Source of the DNA: Vermamoeba vermiformis
Taxonomy: Eukaryota
Assembly: GCA_045837725.1 (NCBI GenBank)
Contig: JBEWZL010000109.1
Location: forward strand, 248,001-312,000
Direction: 5' to 3'
DNA: 64,000 nt
The notes under the pieces were generated by a model that did not search any database, was not told the origin of the DNA, and saw nothing but the letters and a program-made list of their open reading frames with translations. The position numbers and the translations under genes are program-made. Positions 27,334 through 39,217 of this stretch are shown piece by piece; positions within the stretch are counted from its first letter, which is position 1, and every line of letters begins with the position of its first letter.

Positions 27334-27815
27334 CTATTTTTTGGACTCGTCTCTAACTACCTCGCGAAGTTTTTCTTCTTGGATCTGACGTGTAAGCCGC
27401 TCTTCTTCGCGTTTTAATTGTTCACCGACATATCCATGGAACATGCCTCTGTTACGACCTCTTCCTCGAAATTCTTCGCTGTAATCTGTTCACGTCGTTT
27501 AATATTCGGAAGATCAGATCGCAAAAAATATTTTCATAATTTTAAATAAAATTTAGAATAATGCTCCTTGCATAAAAATGTGTATGGTAGCGTATATTAT
27601 AATAATTGGCTGCAAGCAAATTATTTGTGATTATTTGAATTTGCGGAAAAATAAAATTACTGCGTGAACTTACTTGGCAGTCTGTCATTTCTTTCCAAAT
27701 AAAACATGTACGCTAATGATGCAAGAGCGCCTATAGACAAGCCCCATAGGGTGTATAAGCCAACTTTATCCGAGACTGAAAATGCTGAAGGTTTTCTAAA
27801 AGATCTTCTGCTCAT
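27334..27815 (-). CDS. Small (~97 aa) two-exon single-TM protein, possibly mitochondrial; missed by the ORF track
   Basis: Exon 1 MSRRSFRKPSAFSVSDKVGLYTLWGLSIGALASLAYMFYLERNDRLP, gtaagt...gaacag intron, exon 2 NYSEEFRGRGRNRGMFHGYVGEQLKREEERLTRQIQEEKLREVVRDESKK*. Confidence 0.65.
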
Positions 27816-28017
27816 ATTGCAGTATTGTTGCTAAGACTCTCGTCTTGCCTCCTCTTACTACGTTGTTAAAATAATGCTAAGTCTATCCAGCGCAGCGGAA
27901 CTTGGGTTTAGCACGTGCTCGCTTGATTATTTCTTGACGTGCCACCAATTTGGTTCATTGTCCGGTGATCACTTTTCTAGAACGTTGCACGTGTATATTA
28001 ATCTGGTGATAATCGTG

Positions 28018-29910
28018 ATGGTAAGTCAACTAGTGTCATTACAGCTCAGATCGATTTCCAAACAAATAAATGACATTGCCATTAATTATTAATTGTAGTT
28101 AGACAGCCAATTTAAATTAAATCAAAATAATTATACCGAAAATACAGTTGGATAAAATTGAAAATAAGTCAGATTTTTTTAGGATCAAACGTGGAACGAG
28201 CTAGACAATTTCCCCAAGGAAATTCTAGAGCATGTTATAGCCTTTATGGAAGATGATGCACGATTAAATGCGCGATTGGCGAGTACAAAGTGGTTCAAAC
28301 TTATTAATTATCGTCAATTCCACGTTCGATTCATCACCGAGGAGACACTGCCCCAAGTCGTTGATAGACTGCTTCAATATGAAGGACCAATAGGACTTAA
28401 AATTAGCAAATCAAGGATCAAGAAATTAGCAGGACATGTTGCCCATCTGTCCCGCTTGACGAATCTAACTTCACTTGCCTTGCTCATCAATTACGAAGCT
28501 GACTTACCACCCCATGTATGGTGGGGACTTACCGCGTTGACAAATTTGCAAGAACTCAAAATGCCATTTGGCTGTCCAGTGGAAGTAACAACTGCATTAA
28601 TCAATCTGAAACAACTGAAAATTAATAACGACACTGTTTGGCGACTCAGCGAGGGCTTGAAGAAAATGTCGCGTTTGGATCACCTCGAATGTGACGCAGA
28701 TATCACCGTGCCATTGGACGTGTACTCAATGTTGCCGTGTCCAACGCGCTTGACTTGGCTCGAGACCAATGCCAAGATGAATCATACCAACACGAGCAAG
28801 CTGTACAACTTACAGTCGCTGAAATATGACGACGCTAATGGAGACACGCCACTTCAGCTGTCATTTGACAAATTCACGGCCTTGCAACGCCTCGAAATAC
28901 TGCAAAAACATATGTCATTCGGTGCCTTGCCATCACGTTTGACAAATCTGACGATCAGCGGCGTGACCACTGATGCAGCATGTTATGAGCACTTGGCAAG
29001 ACTGCACGGTCTCAAGGAATTGACTCTCAGTATTGCGCGTGACAATGACGAACACTACTCGTGGATCAGCCACATGACCTCGCTCGCCTCAGTGTCTATG
29101 TGGACAAGGACAAACGAAGAAGTACCTCTTTTCACTGGTGCTATGTTCAGCATGATCAACTCGCCTAACTTGACAGAGTTAGTGCTCGAAGTCATGCCGG
29201 CCATGAATTTGGGCTATCTGTCACATTTGACAACACTTCGTGAGGTGTTCTTTTACGAGAACGACATGAGACCCCTGGACGTCGATTACAGCTTTGCGAG
29301 CCACTTGACGAATTTAACCAACTTTTTTGCGTACGTTGAGGCTGACAGACCCTCACTCACGGCACTGACTGGTCTCGAAAATCTCAAGTTTTTAAGAGTC
29401 AATAGCAGCAGATACACCCATAACCACAAAATTCGACTGCCAGCGATGTCTTTGGCACGTCTGACAGCTCTCGAGGCGTTGTGGATCGAAAAGTGTGAGC
29501 CTGCAGTCCTGGAAAGTATCTCCGGCCTCACGCACTTGACCGCACTTCACACCGAGTGCCTCGCTAGCCACATTAACTACGAGTTCTTGAAAGACTTGCC
29601 GCTCCAGGACTTGTATGTTAGTACTCCAGGAGCTAACGGAGAGAACTTCTACAGTGTGCTGGTGCAATTGACGGGCTTGCAGAAATTGAACATTCAAGAC
29701 CTGTCCGCGAGACAAGTCATTGGCCTGTCAGCCTTGCAACATCTCACATCGCTGAACGTGTTCCAGTGCGAGTTGAATAACGGCCACAATGTGACGCATT
29801 TGACGTCTATTCAAGAATTGTTTATCACACAAAAGGACACGCGGATAAGCGACAGTGCGCAGCTCATCGAAACAAAAATGTCCAGGTTGGTCGCGTTGAG
29901 AATTAGCTAA
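28018..29910 (+). CDS. F-box + leucine-rich repeat protein
   Basis: ATG|gtaagt (28018-20), intron to 28182, then LDNFPKEILEHVIAFMEDDARLNARLASTKWFKL (F-box-like) and many LxxLTxLxxL repeats in one 1.7 kb exon. Confidence 0.85.
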
Positions 29911-30024
29911 AAGTCAAGGCTTAATAAAATAGACATTTGCGCTAGACAAGTTACTTTATTCTATAATACAAGTTTGATTGATTGAAGTCAAATCGAGTGC
30001 CGCAGATCCAGCAAAAATTTCTTT

Positions 30025-32132
30025 TTAACTGTGAATCTCATTCTCAGAAATATTTGTTGATTTTCGTTTGCTCTTTCGTTTTTCTTTCTTTTCAAGCTCT
30101 TCGCCTTCAATTTTAGCTGACTTTCGTTTGCCAGAGCCCTCTTCCACCTTGGTCGATTTTCGTTTTGATTTTCCATCGCCATCTTGCTTGACATTCGTGT
30201 TGCTCGCTAATAATAAAAAAATTAATTAGCTGTCAAAAAGAACTTTTTTCACGCATGTCAAAGTGTCACTTACCAGCAGCTGAGGAGCCAGTAGCACCAC
30301 CGGCAGTGTTGCCGCTAGCACCATTTGTGGGTCTAGTTGGGGTCGGGTAGCCAGGCACAGGCTCGCCACATCGCCATTTGAGCACCTGACTCAAGAACTG
30401 CACGCACTTTTGACTCATGACCAGACCTTCCATCGGATCTGAACTCGAAGAATCGTACAAATTAGGAGCCACGACAATAGCTAATAATGAATAGCATTAG
30501 TATCTTATACACATGTATTATATGATTTACGTACCTAAGTTCTGCGGGCTCATTTTATTGACGCTTTCATACTGCGCGGTGTCCACGAGCAGATCCATCA
30601 ACCAATCGAGAATCGTCTTTTGAGGCTCAGGCAGCTTCATATAGGCCTCGACACACTGCTCCGCGGTGGTGCTGTAGAACAATGTCTCGGAGGGCAGTGC
30701 GTTCAACACGGGCGTGGGAAGTTCGCGGAACCAGACCTGGATCGGAGGTCAAAAAACATTTCCTAATTAGGAAGTGCAGCGTACCTTGACCAAGTTCGCA
30801 ACGCTAGGAGGATCAGCAGCGCCTTTGAATGTTTTGGCGTTCATTTGCAGCTTCAATCTGTTCACTTCGGAGTGATCACCGGCCACTCTAAAAATACCCT
30901 CGCATTTGAGACCTTCACTTTCAACCAAGGACTCGCGCATCAATGCCAACACTTTAGGCACTCTGTAGCCTATAATATAAATACGTTATTATAACTGACT
31001 AATGGGTATATTATTTAAGGGTGCTAATCCAGCAACGGATCCACTGCGAATTGGAACTCGCGATTAAGTAACTATTTATAATCATATGATGCAAAATATT
31101 ATTATAATCGCTTTCAGTAGTAATAAGGTGAATATAAATGCCAATAACTTACCATTGTCTTCAACTTGGTCCAAAGTCGATGGATCGACGCCAAACACAC
31201 CAGTCTCGCAGCGTACACGAATAGACAGGAAATTCTTCTCCACTACACATACGATAATATTAGAATTAATTTATCCAAGTCGTTTAGCTGAATTGGCTGA
31301 TTTAATCAAGACTTTGCAACAATTTATCGAATTTGTAAATTTCCTTAAGTAATCGGCGGGTTAACTGCAGATTACTGGGGACTGTAATGGATAGTGTGTT
31401 AATAAATGTATATTACCTCCAATAGTAATAGGCACTTTGAAATTGACATTGGCTGATTGTTTCATGAGAACTTGTACCCGGATCTTCTTCGTCTTGTGCT
31501 AATGTGAACAAGATGTATTAGTTTATTATCTATATTGCAAGGCACCTCGGTGGCCAATTAATATAATTTAATTACTGATGCCACACAAAAAATAAAATTT
31601 TGAATTTTCGGCTATTAGATCTGAAGATTTTCGGTTATCTCTATCATATTCCGCATTATTATGACTATAATATCATAATATTTCCTAATGAGGCATAAAG
31701 AACGAATTTTCTGAATTAATCGTCAATTTTCTTACCGCCGCAATTGAGCCTTTTTCAGGAGTGAACGTAATCTGACAAATTTCTTCTGAGGGCGGTGCAA
31801 ATGAGAACTTGAGCTTATTACTAGTTATATTCTGCAGTTCAAAGTCTTCGGTGACTGGTGTATTAACCGCACAAGGCTGATCTACTCCAAATTCTAAGCC
31901 GTCCTTGGAGAACTAGATTTTACAGTATTAAATATCATCATATATAGCAAACATAATTATATGCGTGAACTTACGGCAACGCTGCGTCTTGAAGCTGTAA
32001 AATAAATAAAAAAATAAATTAATGGGTTGAATAGATCAAATCTGATTTTCAATAGAACGTACCTCGCCCAAGAGCCGGTGCGACTTTAAAATTAGTAGCT
32101 TCTTCTTTATGACCACCTTGTTCGTTACCCAT
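30025..32132 (-). CDS. RhoGAP with N-terminal Ig-like/MSP-like region, possible N-myristoylation and polybasic C-terminal tail
   Basis: MGNEQG start; GVFGVDP...VPKVLALM...EGIFRVAG (Arg finger), VANLVKVWFRELP, VNKMSPQNLAIVVAPNL; final exon 30025-30207 with repeated KRKS. Confidence 0.9.
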
Positions 32133-32478
32133 GGTTGGATTCGCGCAGTTGTAATTAAATTAAATTGTGCAGTGATTGGCAGTTACCAATAATACTGCGA
32201 ATGTACAAATACGAAATAAGGTTACTACACAATATGGTGGTATATAGTGCTATAATTATTATATGGAAGAATGAAAATCTGACTCACAGGGTATTAATTT
32301 TCGTCGCTTGGGAAAACTCCAAAATATCTAATTTTGCTTCACCGCCAAATTAGTACCAGAGCTTTAATGCAAGCATCGTAGATGTTTATATACAGACAAT
32401 AACGTATTAAATAATTCAAAACTGGGACAACTCAATTGAATCCGGTTTGAAATTTGTGTTTTGCCAAATCCAAACGAC

Positions 32479-33047
32479 ATGAGCACACCAAAAGCTAGAA
32501 GAGCTCAAAAGAGGGCCTTGCCGAAGTCACTAGCAATTGTATTGAAGGCACTTGAAGGCCAAGAAATTACATTGGAGCTGCGCAATGAGATCGACATCCG
32601 CGGCACTGTTGACTTTGTTGACGACCTAATGAAGTAAAGAGATTGTATTAGTAATTTAAATGTACTAAAATAATATTTTGACAGCACGACAATGACTAAT
32701 GTGTCGTACAAAAGTCATTTGGTAAGTGTAAAAAATCAGATCTAATTTTTAAAATTATCTAATTACCCAAATTAATAGACTGGCACTGAGGAAAAATTCG
32801 AGCAGTTATATGTCAGTGGAAAAAATATTCGATATGTCAATATTCCCGATCACATCAATATTATCAAAACGGTCGAAGAATACGTAAGTGGATGCAGGCT
32901 TGGTTCGCGCTATTTATGCTCAATCATTCGCTATTATTTCTAAACATAACCCTAATACAGCAACGTATGATAAATATGGCAAGAAACAAGTATAAGAGAG
33001 GAGTCAGGAAAGCACCAAAACAAAATCCAACCCACGAGAAGATTTAG
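32479..33047 (+). CDS. LSM10: Sm-like protein most similar to LSm10 (U7 snRNP-specific)
   Basis: KSLAIVLKALEGQEITLELRNEIDIRGTVDFVDDLM...FEQLYVSGKNIRYVNIPDHINIIKTVEE; 4 exons; basic N-terminal extension, no RG tail. Confidence 0.72.
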
Positions 33048-33325
33048 AGCAATTGATATGCATGGCCTAAAGAATATTGAAGGAAGATAATATAGTTGCG
33101 CGTATACTCTGCTAAAATAGGCTTACCGGTAGCTAAACCCTCGGATCCACAAGAACGATCCGAAACTGACGAATTAAGGCCTTTTGAGGCTGAATTAGCC
33201 GTATAATATTACAGTCAAGCCTATATCGATGCACGAATATAATGATGATTTAATAAATATCAAACTGTTGCCAAGGAATCATTTCACTTTTAATAACATG
33301 TTATTTGTAATATCAACGAGCAACC

Positions 33326-34340
33326 ATGAACAGATTTTGGGAATTTGGAAAAAAGATTGTAGCTATTGGCAGAAATTACGCTGAGCACGCGAAGGGTACG
33401 TATTGTATAGGCATAAGATTCTTCATGTAACCGTTGCGGATCTGTCAAAAATAATTTTCGGTTCAAAAATTACGTTTAATTCTAAAAATACGATTCCCTA
33501 TTGTCACAATATGAATACAATAATTATATGCCTGTTCTAATTATTATTGCAATATGTACGTAAAATTAACATTAATTCCAATCAACACAGAGCTTAACAA
33601 CCCTTTGCCCAAGAAGCCAATTCTTTTCTTAAAGCCAACTACTTCTTATATTCGTCCTGGTACGTAATTATGAACCATTAGTGAAAAGGGTGATCTTGCA
33701 GCGGATCTGATATTTTTGTCCGTGCAGGCCAATCCATTGAAATTCCCCCCGCAGTGCGCTCATTGCACCACGAAGTTGAGCTCGGAGTTATTATCGGCAA
33801 AAAGGCCGTGCAGATCAGCCCGCAAGACGCGATGGAACACGTGGCCGGATACACCCTCGCACTCGACATGACAGCACGTGACTTGCAAGACGAAGCCAAG
33901 TCAAAGGGCTTGCCGTGGACTGAAGCTAAGGGCCACGATACCTTCTGCCCGGTGTCGGACTTTATTGAAAAGAACAAGATCCCTGACCCGCACAACATTG
34001 AACTGTGGCTCAAAGTCGACGGTCAAGTCAAGCAAAAGGGCAACACCAAGGACATGATCTTCAAGTAAGTAATCCTTGCTGTATACTACAAAAAGTATTG
34101 GGATGAGATCTGGATCCCGTGTTAAGTGACCAGATCCGCGGTAGTACTAATCTCCGTTATAGATTACCCGAGATGATCAGCTATATCTCACACGTGATGA
34201 CCCTCGAGCCCGGTGATGTGATCTTGACTGGCACGCCCTCAGGTGTTGGTCCTGTCGCTGCTGGCAGTGAGATAACTTGCGGTATCACCGGCGTTATTGA
34301 CATGAAATTCCCCGTCATTGCTCGCAAGGCAAAGTTGTAA
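33326..34340 (+). CDS. FAHD1: Fumarylacetoacetate hydrolase domain protein (acylpyruvase/oxaloacetate decarboxylase)
   Basis: GKKIVAIGRNYAEHAKEL...PILFLKPTTSY...LHHEVELGVII...ALDMTARDLQ...GLPWTEAKGHDT...TLEPGDVILTGTPSGVG. Confidence 0.95.
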
Positions 34341-34462
34341 AACACACTCTCTTATATTCATAACTAAATACACTGCTATTTGTAATTAATTCCGATCCTA
34401 TTTACATTTTATAGTTACATCAAGTTTACAAGGTTATGTTACAATTTTGGTTGGATCTGCTT

Positions 34463-37163
34463 TTAATCAAACTGCGGTGTCGCGTCAGGCATTTGATTCA
34501 GCGATAAATAATTGACGCCGTATTGTTGCTCGAATAAGGTTGGATCCATCGGCGGCATTGGAGCAACAGCATTCGGCATGAAGTTGACTGATACCGTCAT
34601 TGGATTTCCTTGCGGCACTAAGGGCTGTTGGACCTTGGCTAATTCAGGACTAATATTGTTGTTGAAGACCATTGGAATGCTCGTTGAAACAGATCCGGTC
34701 AAGAATCCTGACACGGCGCACTCCATGACGAGCGCGTGGCTGACTTCAATCAAGGGAGATGACTGCGCGAATATTGACGGGAGCAATTTTTGAGGGAACT
34801 TGAGCTCGATTTGGCCCATTAACCTAATCAAGGAAAGAGTTAGATCTGGTCATAGAGATCTGGTCAAACGCTAGTAACTTACGTTCTACCAGCCCTAACA
34901 GGGAATCCCATGCCTTCCTTGCCGTTCAGAAGTGTGAGTGGGTGCGAAGCAGAAAATGTTCGAGGAAATCCGTTGGCTGAGATCTGTAGCGTCGAGTTCA
35001 ACGTGACTCTCATTGATTTAACGTCGTAATTACTCTTATTTTCAATGGTCTGAGTTGACAGTATTAATTAATAACCATCATATCGTCGTTAACAGTACGA
35101 GTAACTTACAAAGGACAATAATTTTTGACCGCCGACTTCAGCAATATTTCCTTCTTCTAGTTTGCCCTACAGTAACGTTAATATAACCCCTCGTATGAAT
35201 TAATGGTGTTGTACGTACCGACAAGTGAATCACTTGGTCTTTGGATCTGAAGTTGAGTTTCTTTTCTTTGACAGCAATAGCCGGACTAGGCACAGCCGAG
35301 GCATAATTCACAACGACTTTAATCTCGTTGCTGACGTGTTTGTTGAGTGCCATGCGTGGTCTGTTGACGTGTGCACTGCACGTGTAAGTCACTGCAGCGA
35401 ATGGATGTTCCATCGAAGGAGGCAAGTTCAACGGCATGACGAACGAGAAGGGCCAGTAGTACGAGCCTGAATCGATCTGAAATATAATTAGCCCGAGTCC
35501 TAGTATCATATAATAAGCACATACCACCGGTTGTTGAGCAAACAAGACCTGATCCACATTGAAAAGTACCACGTGTTCAGTTCTGCGGATCATGTGCCCA
35601 TCAGTCATTCTGTGGCCGTTGTGATCACGTTCATTAGGATTGCACAGCGACTCTTGTTTCCAACGCGTGTGTTCTGTGCCGAGGAACTTCAAAGTGATGT
35701 CTTTGACGCTCAATGGATTGCCAACATTGAAAATGACACCGCCTGTCACCGTCTAAAACACGAGTTAGAATACATTTCCTTTTATAGTAATAACTTCCAT
35801 ATGTCACGTACCTCTCCAGGATAAACAGTCGTGCGGTCCAAGACGAGTCGCAAGTCAGGCAGCTTCAAATTGATGTGTTGTTTGGGCTCTGAAGGCAGCA
35901 CTGATTCACTGAACTGAAACATCACATGAAGACGTGCTGATTTCTGGTGTTGTCACGAATGTTAGTTATTGTGAATAATGAGCAGTGCTATATTGATGTG
36001 CAAATATAAACACTCACAGAGATCTGAAGCCACAAGTCGTGCACTTGATTCGATGCAAATGGTCTGATGTCGAGTTCAAATCGACCCAGCAGTTGATTCG
36101 ATGCCAGTGTGCGATGATTCTGAATGTGAGTGCAATGGTCAGCGTCAACACGATGATGATGATGATGCAAATAAAAATCATCAATTAAAATAACACAATT
36201 TCAATCAATCGCACACTGGTCAACTCACCCACACTTTGAACTGAATGGGAAACTCTTTGTTTGGCAGACTCACACTGAACTCTTCGAACCACTGTCAATA
36301 ATCACAACGAGCATTAGTCATCCGTAATATATAAAATGAATGCATATTTGTCATCGCATTATTAATGATTGTGACTCACTTTGGCGTGTTTGTTGTTGTT
36401 GAAGACTTGCGTGGCGAGTGTTGGTGGATGATAACTGTGATTCAACGGCACTGATACGCGCATCTTCAGTTGAGGAGATAGCTCTATATAAGATATTAAT
36501 AATAAGGTCGTATGAAGCAGTCTCCGAGAATTTTCTTGAACGAACCTGCTTTTGGATTCTCTTCGAGTTCAAGTCCAACTGCTTCAATAATCTTAATCCA
36601 TAATATTCCTTGGCTGTGTCCTTGATTAACATCACCATATACCTAAAGTAGCTATAAATAACCGGCACTAATGGATCATGAAAATGCTTACGTGTTTCTT
36701 GATCCGGAAAAAGTGTTGTAATTGAAAACAGTCGCATATATCAGGATGAGAAACCATCTCTTTAAGGATGGTGTCGAACGCTGTTTGTCGTTCTTGGATA
36801 ACGAGACCTTCCGACTTGAACGGATTCACTTTAGATGGAAAAGGCGATAACTTGTGCTTGGGAAATTGCTTTACTATCTATTATCGCGTCAGAAAATATA
36901 TCTAGTCGTATATTATATATCTTACGTGATCGTATAGCGATTGCAATTCAGTGTAACGAAAACCCATTTCCCATCTGTGTCCTGTGCTGGTGGACAGTTC
37001 GAAAATATACTTCTGTACATTAATTTTAGTACAATACTTATTCTATTATTAATCACGCATCGCTTACTCGATATGGCTTTTGATTTTGCTTGAAAGAATT
37101 CTCAGATCGGACGCAGCGGATCTGCACATTTAAGTGCGGTGGCGCTTGAATTGCGTCGTTCAT
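34463..37163 (-). CDS. PX-C2-arrestin domain protein, copy A
   Basis: PX: YIFELS...RYTELQSLY...FPSKVNPF...IQERQTAF; C2: GILWIKVIEA...WFEEFSV...FKVWNHRTLASNQLLGRFEL; arrestin-N: LDRTTVYPGE..TGGV...ITLKFLGTEHTRW...YYWPFSFVMPLNLPPS; arrestin-C: IENKSNYDV...LLPS. Confidence 0.85.
35831..36480. repeat. Left arm of ~650 bp near-identical inverted repeat (partner 42390-43036)
   Basis: Reverse complement matches 42390-43036. Three exons appear identical by eye, and the introns differ only by scattered substitutions/indels. Confidence 0.95.
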
Positions 37164-37436
37164 TCGCCTAGCGTTGTATTACTTGAAACAAAAACTAAAA
37201 ATATCTGTCAGTTTCGTTTTTATTCTGTTGCGTAAGAAATACGCAAAAAATTGGATCGGACAAGTCGATCGATTTTTCGGCGCTCGAAAAGAACAATGGC
37301 TGGCAAGAACTTACAACATTCGCACGAACTTTCGAGTACATGGACGCGTCCTAGGAATTAAATAGGCGCCAAGCGAGTTTGAAAGGGAGTAACAGCAGAT
37401 CTCCGTTTGTAAATTGGATGTGGTCGTTTTGAAGGT

Positions 37437-38898
37437 CTATTTGGTATCAGTAGCTTTCTTACGCGCCAAGAAATAAGAAGTGGGTCTTCCATCATCCAGA
37501 TGGATCACTTTGTCCTCGAGAATTTCGAATTGATTTTCTTGCTCGAAGATCGCCTTCAACTCGCCAGGAGCCAATAAGAACTTCTTCGTTCTCGGCTTCA
37601 AACAACCCTCCATAAATGTATGATAGACTATGAAGCCTCCTGGACGAATCAAATTCCTGCAAAGGCTCGATAAGTCAATTTCTTTTTCGAAAATTGAAAA
37701 TTAGAAAAAAGAGTAGGGGCCTTATTTTAAACTCGCAATATCGATGCAATGAGCTTACTTGATGAAATCCATCAAATCTCTGTTCAAATATCGCGCTACG
37801 TTGACTACATCCGCTCTTTCTTTGAACACTTCTAAAATTGGCTTCCAATCCTCTTCGAAATCAACACACCGGAAATCTATATTCGTATCATATCATTAAG
37901 CCGATTAATATTAATTGTCTAAGTAGTCGCGAAATTTAACGTACCTATCGTAACTCCAGCCCTTCTCGCCAAATCCACTGCGCGTACTTTTAATTTTTCG
38001 AGGTAATCGAAGCCGATTGCTGTCCAACCTCGTGCCGCTAAGAATACCATATCTCTTGCTGTCGATACAGATGTTAATTAGACCAAACAGCAGGAATGTT
38101 TTTCTGCGTACCAGATCCACAAGCTAGATCAATCACTGTTCCGCTTGATTTCAATCCATCTTTAATTCTTAGCGCTTCTATTTGATTTATTACGCCCTCA
38201 ATGCATGGTGTTGGCCTCCATAGCCTAATTATAGAAAGAAAAGGATAAATTAATTTTGGTTCGTACTGGATCGGCTTCTAGCGCATTAAATGCTGTAAAT
38301 ATGCTTCCTATTGTACGTACACTTTAGAAATGTGAGAATTTTCCAAGAACAAATCGAGTGCTTTGACTTGCGTCCAAAACTCTTCAGTGCTAACAAAAGT
38401 GTCTTTGATGAAATACTTGTGCTCGCTGCAATATGCTGCGGCCTAATACCGACTATATAAGTAGCTAATTATATAATATTATTAAGCTGCTTACTTCTTT
38501 CAACTCCTCTTCCGAACCGACAAAATACAAATATGACAGCTGCCACAAGTTAAATCATGTTTTATTCCAGGAGTTGGTCAAATAGTAATACTTACTTTGG
38601 GTGGTAATTCGTGTGCTAAATTATAATTGAATTAATAAGCGGTGAATAAGTAAGTAATGGCTGGTAAAACACGATCCACATCCAGCACGGTCCAAATAAT
38701 AAATAGTAATTTTTAGTAATATATTTTATTTTAAAATATTACTAAAATTTACTAACCTAGTGGTGGTATCTCCTTCGATGGAATATGCGTGCTTCCAGCC
38801 ACGTGGAATTTTTCAAACAGTTCAGTCGATCGCAGGTCAACAAGACCCAAGCCTGAAGCTTTCCATTCGAGCAGTTTCTCCTTGATATTACTCTCCAT
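37437..38898 (-). CDS. Rhodanese-like domain + class I SAM methyltransferase (TehB-like) fusion
   Basis: LVDLRSTELFEKFHVAGSTHIP...AHELPPK (rhodanese); LWRPTP; VIDLACGSARDMVFLAARGW; ADVVNVARYLNRDL...IRPGGFIVYHTF...LLAPGEL. Confidence 0.85.
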
Positions 38899-39217
38899 CG
38901 TATCCTTGCAACAGATTATTACAACTAATAGCCTGTTCGTGCTCTGTGTCAAAAATAAAATCAACTGATCGGTTTCATAATTCACTTTTTTTATTTGCGA
39001 ATGAACACAAGCTGCTAAACTTGTAATTAAGCGCTAGGTACGTACAAATATATTATGAGCTGCGTATGTCTGGCATAACTGCAGCGAACAAAGACTAGAT
39101 CGTCAAAATTGAGAAAAAATTAAAAATTCAAAACGGTACCTTCTTTATGTTTCATAATTTGTTACTTAATATTTATAATTAATAAGAAAATAATTAATTA
39201 TAATTTTGCAGATTAAA

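Noticed and set aside
29988-30194. 68-aa basic ORF on the minus strand
   Set aside because: Wrong frame of the RhoGAP last exon.
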